Positions 24,216-38,714 are shown, counted from the stretch's first letter. The stretch: DNA of 55,545 nucleotides from Octopus bimaculoides (GCF_001194135.2 NC_068982.1:180280978-180336522); one strand, 5' to 3'. Notes: generated from the letters alone by a model not told the origin. A program made the numbers and translations.

Positions 24216-25053
24216 CACGTATACATACACACATACACACTCACAATACAAAATCACAAATACACACACATACGTATACATACATAAAAAAATACTCATG
24301 CGCATACAAACACATTTACATAGGAAAAACACTACAATATCCACATATACTCCTATATATCCACATATACTCCTATGTATATCTACATGTTAACTCAACA
24401 ATCTACACACAAATCATTTGATTAAAAAAAATGCAAAATAATAAAAAGAAGGCTTGTCAATTCGTGAGTAACCGGTTTGGAGAACTTATATAATTCTTAA
24501 TAAAAAAGAATATACGTACATACATGGATACGTATATATATATATGCATATACATACACGCCTCCATACAAACATACATACATATCCGGGGCGTCTTTAT
24601 GTCGGAGGCACTGAAAATTGGCAGTTGTTCGTACATATATGTCACCCTTCCCTATGCTACAGTCATTAGAAACTGATAGATTAGTGCCGATACCGCTTAG
24701 TACTGGTGCCGAGTGGTAGCTATTACTGGCAGAACACAAAAGAGTTGGAACATGTAGAGCAAAGCTTCCTCTCCGTCTGACACTTTAAGAGTTACACCAG
24801 TCTACAGTCCGGTACTGGTTATTTAACACAGGTGCAAACGCGTACACACACGTGCAGGCGCGCACACAGACACGTGCGGGTACGCACACACACGTGCGGG
24901 CGCACGCACAATCATATACATGTAAGTACGCATATATTTATATCTATATATAGTTATTTGTTAAAATACACAGAAACAACATTTCTGAAATTAGTAGCTT
25001 CGTCAATGTTCGATAAAACGGATGTTTTAGAGATATTTTCTGTGAGGTCAATT

Positions 25054-25093
25054 TCTCTCGGAATTGCTGGCCTTGTGCCGAAATTTGAAACCA
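25054..25093 (+). mobile_element. SINE family C 3' tail fragment
   Basis: GGAATTGCTGGCCTTGTGCCGAAATTTGAAACCA. Confidence 0.6.
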
Positions 25094-26383
25094 GTATTAC
25101 GATCTTCGTTCTACAAAACCACATGGCCTGAGAAAGCCTTTGGCAGAGTCCAGTCTGTCTTAAGTATTTTCTCCTTTCTACTGTCTAATCGTAGAGGACC
25201 GGAGAAAGGGTTAATGTCGCTTCTCTTCTTATTATTAAACCATAAACAAAATTAAATACAAACCTTGATCGTGATCAAGGGCAAGTTAATGACAGTTGTT
25301 TTCAGAAAAGAAATATAACAATATGGATATTTTCTCAGGTACAGAAACGTACATCGGTAAAATATATTTTCATTATTCTACTGGGACTCATTCATTCTCA
25401 AATGCAGTAACATATGTGTGTGATATTCAGCTGCATAGCTAATTTCCCAAAATGAACAGTACTTAGGATACAAAAATTTATATTTGAGCTGTTTATAGAA
25501 GATGAGTTCCATTCCAAAAGAAAAGAGGACACAGATTAGAGTAGGAAGGTAAACATTTCATGATTTCTTTGTAATGTAAATCAATTGCCAGTATCCTGAA
25601 GAAAGCAAAGAAATATATTTAACGACCTTTTCGTTAAGACACGTCTAATACTTTGAACAATGGAAGCGAACTGTTGTTGTGGCAACATATGATAGATTCG
25701 TAGAGAAATAGCGGACAAGAAAAAGCATCATTAATTTATGAGTGCGTTGAGATAATACAATAACAACCATAATGTTCTGTTAGAAATGTGAAGTAAAAAG
25801 TACCTGTACGGTTTCTTCTGCTGAAGTTATCAGATAAACTGCTAGCCAAAGAAAACCAAAAACTTCCTTTATATTAAATACAGTCTTCTTTAAATAAAAC
25901 AAGAAAAAAGAAGAAAAAGATTAAAATAAAGCCATTTGATATAAAACTGAAATCTTTGTAGGTTGCATTAGTCATAAAATAAGATATAAAAATGTTCGAA
26001 AACTTTTGAAGAGCTTCCATTCTTGAGAGATTGTTCGCTCAAAAACGTCGTGAGGGATTTCAAGTAGCCATCATGGAAATACTCTTTATTCCGTGAGTAG
26101 AATGTAATAAACGCAACATTTCTTACATAAACACCTACAATTAAGATGTGCAAGCATAACCGTAATTTTTTTGATTCTGTTGAAGTTCTCTTTATCCTTT
26201 GTTGTTGATAGAGGGAAAAATTCACAAAACTATGCATCTATATGCAGAACCCTTATATTTTATATGGGATACGTCAATTCTGTGTGCGTGTGTATATATA
26301 TATGTGTGTGTGTATATATATGTGTGTGTGTGTGTGTCTGTGTGATATTTATAGTTGTATGTCGTATGTGATGTGCGTATAGG

Positions 26384-26432
<49 letters not shown>

Positions 26433-26579
26433 CACACACATAATGGTATACTACTTATATGTACATACACATAAATACAAACGCACAAACAAAGCACAAG
26501 ACACACGTATATACACACATAATACATTCATACAGATACATATCTCAATGTATACAAATACTTATTGATATATATATAT

Positions 26580-26634
<55 letters not shown>

Positions 26635-28050
26635 GATAAATATGTATATGTGTGTAAAGTAAAGAGAGTGAGAAGTGAAAAAGAGATGGAGAGAGATGAT
26701 ACGTGATGTGAATGTCCATTTCATTTCCTTTTACCAACTCTGCTGCCTCCAGTAAAGGATCAATAAAGAGAAATGTTATACTCCGTTCCTTCCCAAATGC
26801 AAATATACACTCTACATTATTGATCATCAGGCACACATTATTCAATCTTTCTTTTTACATTTTTTGCTCAATTAATATATATATGTACGTGTGTGTGTGT
26901 ATGTATGCGCGTATATATGTGTATACACACATACACACTCACGCACACATATATTTATTTATTTATAAGTGTATGTATTTATATATATTGCTTGCACTCT
27001 TTTATCACTTCTTGGTCGTATATCTACATGTCAAAATCATTTCTATGGAGTTATATATCACTCTGTAGCAATGTGACCAAATATCACGAGATTGATGTTC
27101 GATGGGTTTTTACAATACAGGTCGAAAAAATATTACTGACTTTATGTATATCACTGCCTATCTATCTATCTATCTATCTATCTCATTGCCTCATCCCATT
27201 TCCTCTCTTTCTGCATATACATTCTATTGGAGTGCATCTCTACATTGCTGAAACTCTGGAATTTTCTGTATATATTCATGCATATATAGTCATAATTTAT
27301 ATTTAGATATGTTAAATATATATATCTTAATGTATATACGACACTATATTTATATGTATATAAAACTAAGTTTAATGCTGAAACTTTCAGCATCAGTAAC
27401 AGTAAAATCGGTGATTCATTCGTAGATAGCATTGCTTTCCTAGACTCCACATTATAATCTACAATACCTACAGACGACTCAACTCCAGACAACTTCAACT
27501 CCAAAAATCAACTTGTAAATGTAGAAAGCTTTTAGACTACACACATAGATGATCGTGCATCTTTACGATGGTGCTACATAGAACAACCATAATTTATATT
27601 AATGAAACAGTCGGTAATTTTACGAGACCCATAGCAAACACATTTAAAACTGATGAAGATAACATATACACTCATTCAGATCGAGGGATAAAGAGAACTC
27701 CAAATCTTTGCTCTAATATGTTTGGAAAGTAAGGAATGTGAAACCAGAACTTACTTACGATACAGGAGTATGGTGTACAGAACCACCTATCGAGTAACGG
27801 GGCAGGGAATTGTAAATTATGTTTGATTGAGTTCTTGAAATTGCCAGTAATATCATTGAAGAGGAGAATCTTGAAGCGATCAATCGACATCGAAGACCAT
27901 TTCTTTTCGAGAACTTTCATCCAAGTCAAAAATCTGTGAACTTGGATAATCGCCAAAGTCTGCACATTAAAATCGATTTAAGGTGGTGTCTTATCGTCAT
28001 ACCTTCTACCGTCTAAGTCTACACTACAAATTGTCAGATGTTATGATGCA

Positions 28051-28256
28051 TTACTCTTTTACTCTTTTACTTATTTCCGTCATTTGACTGCAGTCATGTT
28101 GGAGCACCGCCTTTAGTCGAGAAAATCGACCCCAGGACTTATTCTGCGGATGCCTAGTACTTATTCTATCGGACTCTTTTGCCGAAGTTACGGAGACATA
28201 AACACACCACCATCGGTTGTCAAGCGATGTTGGGGGTGACAAACACAGACACACAA

Positions 28257-28287
<31 letters not shown>

Positions 28288-28440
28288 CGACGGGCTTCTT
28301 TCAGTTTCCGTCTACCAAATCCACTCACAAAGCTTTAGTCGGCCCAAGGTTATAGTAGAAGACATTTGCCCAAGGTGCCACGCAGTGGGAATGAACCTGG
28401 AACCATGTGGTTGGTAAGCAATCTACTTAACACACAGCCA
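28051..28440 (-). mobile_element. SINE family A, well-preserved copy
   Basis: (TTACTCTT)n tail, GGAGCACCGCCTTTAGTCGAG, internal (AC)n(AT)n, and head ..GGAACCATGTGGTTGGTAAGC..CACACAGCC. Confidence 0.9.
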
Positions 28441-28811
28441 CTCTTGTGCATTATTTACTTTCACAATTATTTCGTATTAAGTATGATAGAAAAAGAGAAT
28501 GCGAAGATGGTATACAACCGAGTAGATACAGCAAATTATCACAAATAACAGTGCTCACATGTGTCACCATCTTTAACAAATATACAGAACATATTGTTAC
28601 CCAACTTAAATCAACACGATGAGGTATCTGAAGTGCGCTGCCTGAAACACATAACATGAGAGTTTTCTGCCTCTCAATTATTTGTTAATAGCATAAAGTG
28701 CTTTGCCTAAACGAGTGTTTCAGCATTTTAACATACTTAAGAAGCAAAAATCAGTCTTCTAAAGAATTATTTATGATAATCTAGAAGATAGATATTTGAA
28801 AGAGATAAAGT

Positions 28812-28812
<1 letters not shown>

Positions 28813-28905
<93 letters not shown>

Positions 28906-28930
28906 GTCTGTGTCTATCCGTCTGTCTGTC
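28813..28930. repeat. (CTAT)n microsatellite ending in CTGT variants
   Basis: Directly visible. Confidence 0.95.
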
Positions 28931-30336
28931 AGTATAGTCTAGTCTATCAATCACACCTACAAGCAGTATTCCGTAATAAAACACACACACATGTGCGCAT
29001 GCACACGCACAAGACTGTTTTAAATACTTGATATTCCTGCTGATGAGGCAAAGATTCTCCCTGCAAAGCATCACACTCACTTGATAAAGGCTCGCAGCAT
29101 TACTAATATAATTATCTATGTTTCTTTGGGGTTACAAATTTCGTACTACCCGCCGACCAGCCTACTTTATTTACCCGCCTTTCTCACACATCGGCTATTC
29201 TGTGTCTCCTAGCACCAAGCCCCTACACAGAAAACACCATTGTGGCTCACAAACTACACTAATTTGAACTTATGACTCTTTTCACGTTTGTTTTACAGGT
29301 AGTAACACACTAATCAACAACTGCTTCAATATCTTTAGCCTGAAATTATGTGATGGGGACAAAATTGATGAGTTTATTTTTATGATTAAATAACAATAAT
29401 TCCGGGACGTTTAAAGTTCTTAAAACCTGGATTCGTTTGAAGATGACTATAGAATCAACTGATACGTCAGTGGGTGTAGTTCTTACAGTTTGTACATCCA
29501 GAAAGAAATGGTTCTCAATGTTTACAGAATAGTTAAGTAGGACAGGGTGTACCAATATGGCGGGAGTTATTTGAAACAGGATATCAAGGGTAGACAAAAA
29601 GGTGTCTGTACTGAGATTTGTCATTTCAAGGGAAAGCATAGAGTTGAAAAAGCTATTAGCTTTGATAAGCAGAGTTATTGAATAGCATTGGATATGGCAG
29701 AGGCTAACCAACCTGTTGTGGAATAAAAAAACTGCAGGTTACACTTCCTTTCATGTGAAACGCCTGATGTGCTTCCTACTACAAGCAATCACCTGTTACT
29801 AGTTAAGGAAACTTCTGGAATTAGTTATGGGAGTGGTTTGCAATCTAATTGCAATAGCTCTATGGTTTCTCATGCAGTAAAGCGGCTACATCAAGTCGTC
29901 AATTTCCTGAGTGCCGATGTTAGATTAGTTCTGATCATGTTTCATAAAAGGGTTGACTACTGTAGGAGTAAAGTAAGTTAAATCACATCAGGAAGTTACA
30001 TTGCACCAAATAGCATGCTTCCAATAAATGCCCACCTCCACTTTATTTCTCTCACCACTGCTTACTTATAATCCTCCACTGCAAGAAAAAAAAAGAAAGA
30101 AAATCTAACACTGCAACCATTAAGCTGGCTGGTCGAGTTCAATTTCCTCCATCTCCCTCAAAATGCATGCTTCAGGGGTAGCCCTTATAGAATGCTCGCT
30201 AACCTCTTCAATATTTCGCTCTCTTCATTGAAAATACGCGACTGTGTTGCTCCATTTTCAAGATAAGATCATCAACACCGGGTTAAAAGTTATACAACTG
30301 TTAGTTCTAGTGGTTATCATGGTATATTTTATATTG

Positions 30337-31767
30337 TACTTGGCAACAAGGATTTTGTTACAGAACAAATAGGTGTTCTTTGCTAATTTTGGTATGCTGA
30401 TTTCAAATATATTATTAGATATTTTCTATCACGTCCAGATGTTAGGTAAAATGCAAATCACTTGGTAAAATTCTGTATCACATCCAGATTTGGGTTTTAA
30501 TCGGTTTAATGCCAATAATATGAAGCTTACTTTTCAAGGTTAAAGTAACTTTTGTTTGCTAACAATATACAAATTCTAACGATTTTGATCAATGAAATTT
30601 ATCCCGAGTTGAGAACACGGAGTCAAGAGCACAGTAACCACCCAACGGTTAGTCGTTATGCGACAATCAAGTAGAGAGGTTGTTGCAGACAGCAGCTCAT
30701 CTGAAGATTCTGCTAGTGATATAGAAATAGGGAAAGATGACTTATATGTTTCTGATGCATTTAGTCACCAGGTTGGTCAAGTCAAGCGGATTTGGAATTA
30801 CCAAAAGGAAAGGCAAAGTTGCTTGATTCCAGACTTCAAGAATGATATTTTCTCCAATCAAGCTCAGAAGTTTCCCATTTTCGCCATCGCCATTTGCAGT
30901 TACCATTATTTTACTTACAAGAGGAAAACGTTTGTTTCTGCCATGATATCACTAGCCTTAATGAAACTCATGAATCAATGGAACTGTTCTTTTGACTCAT
31001 TAAATATAAGGATCATATATGGAATATTTGTGGTGACCTTAAACTTGTATCATTACTTCTTGGATTACATTTGAGCTACACAAAACATATATGCTTTTTG
31101 TATTTATGGAACAGCAGAGATGACAAGAACCACAACAAAAACATGATAGGAACTGAACAACTGTTGTTGGTTAACAAAATGTAAAACACACAGCACTTAC
31201 TGAACCTCAGAAAGTATATCTTCCACCACTTCACATTAAACTTAAGCATTAAGCGCACGGTGAGCGCTTCCACCGATAGATCTCAGTTCGGGAAAACTGA
31301 TATGAAAGTAATTTCAACCCAAATATAAGGGGAGATTATTGTTGGTTCATGCAGAAGGAGAGCTCGTCATCCTGCAAGTGACAAAGGAACAAGAAGGTGC
31401 CTTTTGGTAGTAGCAACAAAATACAAACGTGCTTTGGGTGGATGGTTGGGCGCAGGAGTGGCGATTCTGCCAGCTAATTTCCACTGTATGTTTTAAGCTT
31501 GAAAAGTAGGAAAGACATCCTATTTCACTAATTATTTAAGTATGCTTAACGTAAAACGTAGCACGGAAAAGTAGCTTACACAGCTTTCGTAACAGAAGCA
31601 GGTGAGAAAAAAAAAATGAAAAATAAGGGTTTTCTGTTAAACAAAATCTGAACGTGATAGAGAAATTTAGATATTAGATCTGAAATTAGAATCAGCATTA
31701 GAAATTTGTTAAGGATCAGTAGTTTACGTGTCTGCAACAAAGAGAAGTTAAAATTCGTTGCCTGATG
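30337..31767 (+). mobile_element. Chapaev3-like (CMC superfamily) DNA transposon relic, internally deleted
   Basis: Degenerate TIRs (TACTTGGCAAC..ATGCTGATTTCAAAT..TTCTATCACGTCCAGAT versus ATCTGAACGTGATAGAG..AATCAGCAT..GTTGCCTGATG). Transposase pieces: DLELPKGKAKLLDSRLQE*, FRHRH..CFCHDI, WNICGDLK..YTKHICFLYLWNSRD, VYLPPLHIKL, HGERFH..GDYCWF. The family name is from memory. Confidence 0.75.
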
Positions 31768-32164
31768 TTATATAATATACATGTGTGTTTAAATTTATGG
31801 TTGTATTAAATTTAATTTTTTAATTCAGACCTGTTTTATTCTGATTTACTAATAGTAAAGTTTAATTATTCTTTTATTCGCTTTTTTTGGAATTCTACAA
31901 ACCTTCGTGTTGTCAACTACTATAATGCATTTTAATGTTATGAGTTTCAATGAACGTAGGTGGTTACATGTAAACGGTAAACTATCGAGTAGGAGCCATA
32001 TTGTGCATACGATATAATAGTTTAAATAACGAAGTTTACAACTTTCATGTTCTCATTAGAATCTGTTAAAAAGTTTGTCGGAAAGTACGTTCGGTGGAAC
32101 GATAGTTTGTGGCTTCCTGTTGAGGAATTTTTTCATTCTTGTCATTGCAATATATGTTAACTAT

Positions 32165-32380
32165 AAGGTGGTGAGCTGGCGGAAACGTTAGCATGTTGGG
32201 GGTGAAATGCTTAGCAGTATTTCGTCTGTCTTTACGTCCTGAGTTCAAATTCCGCCGAGGTCGACTTTGCCTGTCATCCTTTCGGGATCTATAAATTATG
32301 TACCAGTTGCGTACTGCAGTCGATCTAATCAACTGGCCCGCTCTCCAAAATTGTTGGGCCTTGTGCCTAGAGTAGAAAAA
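32165..32380 (+). mobile_element. SINE family C, full length
   Basis: GGTGGTGAGCTGGCGGAAACGTTAGC..GAGTTCAAATTCCGCCGAGGTCGACTTTGCC..GGCCTTGTGCCTAGAGTAGAAA. Confidence 0.9.
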
Positions 32381-33303
32381 AATATATGTTAACTATGAAT
32401 ATGTGGTTAGATGCGGTTACAAGTATTCTGTTTTTTTTTGTAACATATTGAATTTATTAAAGATAAATTCATTTACTTTACAACCCGAGTGCACTTGGAG
32501 TGCACTTGGTCCATATAGTATACAGTATGTATAGTTTTAGGAGGTGATGCAACTGTTATATCCGTGTATTTTAATTTGTACTTGTATTGTTGTATGACCT
32601 GGTTTACTAAACAATTAGGTACCCATAATTGACTAATTTTTGTTTTACGTATAGGATATTCTTATGTAAGGCCTCTGTAAGGCAGAAAAAATTATAAACA
32701 TGGCTAAAAAGAGATTCGACTACAAATATTTTATATCGATGGGGACATTCTCTGTCACCGCCCATATATAACATATCTTTATGATTTTTTGTGTAATCTG
32801 TTATTTTCTATTTCTTGATTTATTTAGTTAGTATTCCTCTCCGAATTTAGGTTAGAGATATGATCACAGATGTAAGAATAGAGATACATTGAAGATCTAT
32901 CTTCTATCAGCTTCTTTATCCATATACTGTATGTCACAATGTAAAAGTTATCAGCGCATTTGATGTAAGCAGATTTTGTTTCTCACATTAGCCACGTTGT
33001 CTACTGCTAATGTTGGCTCGAGATGAAGTATTAAGCCGTCTGACCTCTGGATATATAGATTATCTTGTAGAGAACGGAAAAAAAAACGTTCACAGTGCCG
33101 GTTGAGAGGGGGATTTACGTGATGTTTCTTGATATAGCACATATTCTATTGTATAATGCGTTTAATCGTCATCCAAAAATCACAGTTTCTATATAGCTTT
33201 GAGAAATCATATTTATATTAATAAAAAAATTCATGAAATATAATTAAGTGTGTTTCAGCCGCCAACACTCAAACTTATCTAAATGTATCATTCTATGTAT
33301 CTG

Positions 33304-33500
33304 AAGGCGGCGTGCTGGCGAAATGCTTAACGGTATTTCGTCTGTCCTTACGTTCTGAGTTCAAATTCCGCCGAGGTCAACTTTGCCTTTCATCCTTTCG
33401 GTCGATAAATTAAGTACCAGTTGCATACTGGGGTCGATATAATCGACAGGCCCCCTCCCACCAAATTTCAGGCCTTGTGCTTATGGTAGAAAGGATTATT
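33304..33500 (+). mobile_element. SINE family C with short 5' deletion
   Basis: Same consensus, with tail GGCCTTGTGCTTATGGTAGAAAGGATTATT. Confidence 0.9.
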
Positions 33501-34094
33501 CTGTGTAGCTTATGACTGTGTTTCCCAATAGTTTTTTCAAATACCTTAGGTATATGAATGCTTATTACCATTTCTTAATTCTACCCATATGTAATATAGC
33601 TTGTAATTGAATTTGAAATGACTATAAACATTATAAGGTACACACTTTCAATAATACTAATAAAAACAGAATATTTGTGAAAGCACACATCATTTATTAA
33701 TGATTAAAACATGACTAATTGAAATAGCACATGCTCATTAATGTGATCTATGTGGCTGATGACCAGCGGCAAATGTTGCAATATTTAGTTTCCAATTTCT
33801 TAAGAAGTTACAAATCCTAATGCTGTACTACTTACGTTCGGTTTCTTCGTTCAAAATTTGATGTACCTTGTTGAAACCCTTATTTCACCATATAGGAGGA
33901 TGGAAAATAACATTAAAAAAATAATTTGGTTTCATTCGACAATATATGATACTTAAAGCTTTATTAGAACTACATTTCAAACAAAATTTGATTTTCGAAA
34001 ACCTTCTTTGATTCTTCTTTATTTTTTAAATCAATGATAGTCTCCTCCGTAAATCATTTTACGTTCTATTTTGAATAAAAATTGTTTTTTTTTC

Positions 34095-34615
34095 TCCATT
34101 AAATCCTCATTTTAATCAAGTCAATAAATCTTGTCTCAAAATCTTCCTCCAATTTTTGCAAATGTGCTTCCCGGGTCCTAAATTTATCATCTGTAAATAA
34201 TTGTGAAGGGTTATTCCTCAATGGGAATTGACTGAACTCCCTTCCGCTAAGTTTTCGTTTGTACAGTTCAACTTTATTTATAAAGGTGTTGAATGCATTC
34301 TTAGCATGTGTTAGATTAAAATTCATTACTTGCATTTGAAAAGCGTGATTGTTTATGTCACCATAAATAACAACTAAATAAGCCATTTCTCCACGAATCT
34401 GTTCAGTGCCTTTCGTTAGTTTGTCATCGCGATTTATAAATGAAAATTCAAGAAAGCTGGACGAAACGTTTCGAAGAACATTTTTTTGACAGCCATCGAA
34501 CTTCAGTATGGCGATGGATTTCAAAATGATATTCAGAGAACACACTAGGCTTCTTAAAGGCTTAATGCATAAATGCCTTCAAATCTGGCTTTAGTGGTAT
34601 TTACTGTTGACATAA
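34095..34615 (-). pseudogene. hAT (Charlie/Buster-like) transposase relic
   Basis: The minus strand encodes RHTEVRWLSK (about 34483-34512) and, after a frameshift, AYLVVIYG..FINKVELYKRKLSGREFSQFP..HLQKLEEDFETRFIDL. No TIRs were recognised. Confidence 0.75.
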
Positions 34616-34760
34616 TCAAAGCTCAGGACTTAAACGTTTGGTTTCAAGACCCGAGATTTATTTTCTTAACAGCAAATATTCCTAAGACCAGGTTTGAAGA
34701 CAACTGATTTCTAAGCCTTTTAACGACAATGTTCTGCGATGAATTACATACTAATTTGCG

Positions 34761-34897
34761 ACCCCAGTTTTATCGACTTTGAAATATTGAAAGGAAAATA
34801 CCATCTCGGTGGAATTTGAACTCATAATGTAAAGACAGACGAAATGTTGCTAAGTATTATATCTCGCGTGCTAATAATTCTGCTAGCTCGCTGCCTT
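34761..34897 (-). mobile_element. SINE family C 5' two-thirds
   Basis: CTCGGTGGAATTTGAACTCATAATGTAAAGACAGACGAAATG..TTCTGCTAGCTCGCTGCCTT. Confidence 0.8.
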
Positions 34898-35447
34898 TTC
34901 TATTATAAGATTAAAATGTAATCTAATATGGCGGCATAGTCTGATATCTTAATATACTGACTTGCCTCATGATGAGTTTCAAATTTGGTCATTGTCTTTT
35001 CATGCTTCTAAAAGAAGTCCTTTCAAACCTCTGTATCTTGAGACACTGTGCGAACCTGTCTAGAAACACTGTTACAATATGTCTCTGTAACAAATATCCA
35101 CGCCAACAAAATTTAGCAGATATGCACGCGTGTTTTTAGCCTTGCTAATTCCATTTAGACTTTTCCGATGACGGATTTATAAATTTAGTCTCCTGCCTTG
35201 GCTATTTACAGACAGGGCCTTGTTTTCCTATTTCTAGATTCTTTCGCAAAAGTTGGTATCTTGTTAATAGTTTTAGAAGGTTTCTTCTCTGTTTATCCAT
35301 TCATTGAATGTCGTCGGATGTTAAGCAGTGTCTCTAGTAACCTTTTCGTTTAATGTTGTAATCATGTTCATTGCATATTATTATTCTATCAATATACTAC
35401 TATTCTATCTTTTAGTTGCGTCTTAAAATTCTAATTGCAATATGTAT

Positions 35448-35660
35448 GCAGGCTTGGCTGTATGCTAAGAAGTTTGCTTCTCAACCATATAGTTCTGGAT
35501 TCAATCCTACTGCATGGCACCTTGCCAAGTGTCTTCTATTATAGCCTCAGGTCGACTAAAGCTTTGTGAGTGGATTTGATAGACGGAGTTGTAAAGAAGT
35601 CCGTCTCACACACACACGCATGCACGCAAGCACGCACACACACACACACATGTATGTATG

Positions 35661-35705
<45 letters not shown>

Positions 35706-35731
35706 ATATATATATATATATNNNNNNNNNN

Positions 35732-35793
<62 letters not shown>

Positions 35794-36062
35794 GGTGTGT
35801 GTATGTGCGTTTTGTGCGTATATGTGTCTGTGTGTGTTTGTGTGTGCGTATGTATGATTGTGTCTGTGTCTGTCCCCAACATTCCTTGACAACCGGGGTT
35901 AATGTGCTTACATCGTTATGACCGGGCGCTTCGGCGAAGAAGACCGATAGAATACGTATCAGAGTATAAAAACTACACGGGTCGATTCGTTCGACTAATA
36001 TTCTTCAAGGTTGTGCCCCAACATGTCTGCAGTCTAATGTCGAACACAAGTAAAAAAAGAGG
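35448..36062 (+). mobile_element. SINE family A with expanded internal microsatellite
   Basis: Head, body and 3' end are homologous to the 969-1481 and 28051-28440 copies. The internal AC/AT/GT tract is about 280 bp. Confidence 0.85.
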
Positions 36063-37074
36063 TGGCTATATAAGAGGTAGTATATGTATGCGTGTGGATG
36101 AGATTATATACATGCATACGTACATGAATATATATATATATGTATGTGTGTGTGTGTGTGTGTGCATACACATACACGCATATTACATTGTATACCGATT
36201 TGTATTATTTGTTTCCCTTGTTGAGTATAAAAATTATAACAATAATATTAACAACAATATTAATAATAATAATTTTTAATGTTATCGATGTCTGGGAAAA
36301 CCTCGGTGCATTTGTTGAAGTTCTTTTAAATTAGTGTCATTTTAAAGCTGCATTATATAGGAAACTATAATGTGAATTTATATAATGTAAAATGAAACCA
36401 GTATACTGCACTCTTCGACTTTATGCAAACCATATGCAAAACTGAACTGAATGGACGGTTATTGTTGAACTGCCGGTGACTCTATGATATACTCTTAATT
36501 GAATATTATAGCAAGCTTTAAACCATTTTCCAAAGATGCTGCCTTAATTGCTCCGTTACACGGCAATATATCTCAGATATTAGTTTTATCTGACTATCGT
36601 ATTCTGCTTGGAACGAGATGGTGCTGGAGACTAACGCTAGTTAATGGCAAATAAATAAAACTAGAATGAAGTAGGCTTGGTTTCTACACGGAACAAAGGA
36701 GGAATATATGATGGTAAGTGGCTTAATGTTAAAGGAGCACAAATAAGAGAAACAATAATAATAACAATAATCTATTTACTTCAGTTAAAAACCATTGAGT
36801 GCTTTTGATTTGCATAGATTGGTGAAAATCAATTTCTGGTCGTTGGATATTTCTGTAATTATTTTAACGAGTGATAACCAATATTGAGGGTTATCTTGCA
36901 TGATAAAAGCAGCTTGTATGCATGGGTGGACAACCGAAATATTCTATAGATTATTTACATTAATATTCGCAGATTTTTGCGTTACTATAGAACCAGTTAT
37001 GTGAGCTGGCATTAAGATAAATATTCGTTGCTAATAGTATGGGAATAGACGAGAGTTTTGGCGTCATTCACTCC

Positions 37075-37176
37075 TATGTATGTATGTATGTATGTATGTA
37101 TGCATGTATGTGTGTGTATGTATGCATGTAAGTATGTACGTATATCTATCTATCTATCTATTTATCTGTCTGTCTA

Positions 37177-37263
<87 letters not shown>

Positions 37264-37280
37264 CTCTCTATCTATCTAAA
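37075..37280. repeat. Compound microsatellite (TATG)n(CTAT)n(CTGT)n(CT)n
   Basis: Directly visible. Confidence 0.9.
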
Positions 37281-38714
37281 TCCAGTCCGAGTGGTTATCT
37301 GCGGAAAGAAACACAGCAGGCTACTTAGTATAAAGAGCTAAAAGAAACTAGGTGCCAGCATGTTTTGTTTGGGCTGAGTCTAACAAACAACATTTTGTTT
37401 CATTTGAGTGCACCATAATGTCTCATAAAATATTGTCTGTCTGTCTGTCTGTCTATGTATGTATGTATGTATGTATCTATCTATGTATCTATCTATCTAT
37501 CGATCTACCTAGCTATATATATATATGTATGTATTCCTCTGTGTATGTTTGTTTGTCCTGAGTATGACATTAAAGTGCACCCGGAGATGAGGTTTCAGTT
37601 CTGGAGTTCTGGAGTTGTGAGGAACGAGGCCTCGCTCCTTAATCATTATTACTCCCAACTCTGTTGTGATGAGGAACGGTAGCATCTATCTGGGTCCCAT
37701 CTGCCAAGGATAGAGAAAACTCCCGTTATTTTTGACAAAGCTGCGAGGAAGGTAGCTCTTCTAAAAGATACTGTGACATAAAACTTCCAGTCAAAATAAC
37801 TTCCCTCTTGCAATGTTTGTCATTGAAATCTACCATGGTGAGGGAATGCCAAATGTGCTGTACAAGCTTTTGTTACTTAAATTCAGTGATACATGTCTCA
37901 CTCATTTCCGAATGTGAGACGGTGGCCATCTGACAAAATGGGGACAAACATCATGTATGTTTGCATGTATATATAAGAATGTAGGTGCACAGGAATATAT
38001 ATTTTGTCTGTTTGATATCAGCTGTTTTACATTATTACGCTCTTGCTAATACATTTGCCTAATAATGTGCGATAATGCGGTATATGCTGGTTATTATGAA
38101 TTGAAATACACCTCTATGTTATTATGCAGCTGAAACTCTATTTATTTTGACACAGCTGGCGAATTTTTTTGCTGTGAAAGAATTTATTCGTAATCAGGGA
38201 GGGACAATATTATCTTTAAAGTGTATAGATTTTCAAACGTATAACTGTAAATATTGTTATGGTATGTCTTTTCGTGTGCGTATATGTCTGTCTGCTCACA
38301 CTGTGTCTGCTCATACGAACACAAACACATACGCATGCGTGTTTAATTGCGTGTGTAACTGTAAATAATTCTACGTACTTTGGAGCGATGTTTGTTTTAG
38401 ATTAACACCTCACTTATAGAGATCACGGGATTAGGAAGAAAATTGTATCATTATGCATCATTACCGAATGCACGAGCTAACTGTCGGAGCATAGTATTGA
38501 TCCACGAGTAAATGTATTTTCAACAATATTGACCAACTGCCTGATAATAGTCCGAAGAAACATTTCTTTTAGTTGATTCAATTTAGTTGTCTCTAAATAC
38601 ACAGTAAGCCTCTGCACATTAGTCTCCTCGGAAGTGCGTTGTAAGTAAGTGAAACGATGGGGCTGAAGTTGTCCGATAATGCCACCACTTTGTATTAGTA
38701 TAATTAATTCGGCC

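Noticed and set aside
27833-28020. Protein-like open frame VLEIASNIIEEENLEAINRHRRPF..
   Set aside because: No recognisable homology, a weak acceptor and no convincing donor.
29340-30240. Possible CR1/L2 reverse transcriptase relic (IALDMAEA near 29685; LANLFNISLSS near 30195)
   Set aside because: Only two short motifs, in the wrong order and without supporting context. A translated search would be needed.
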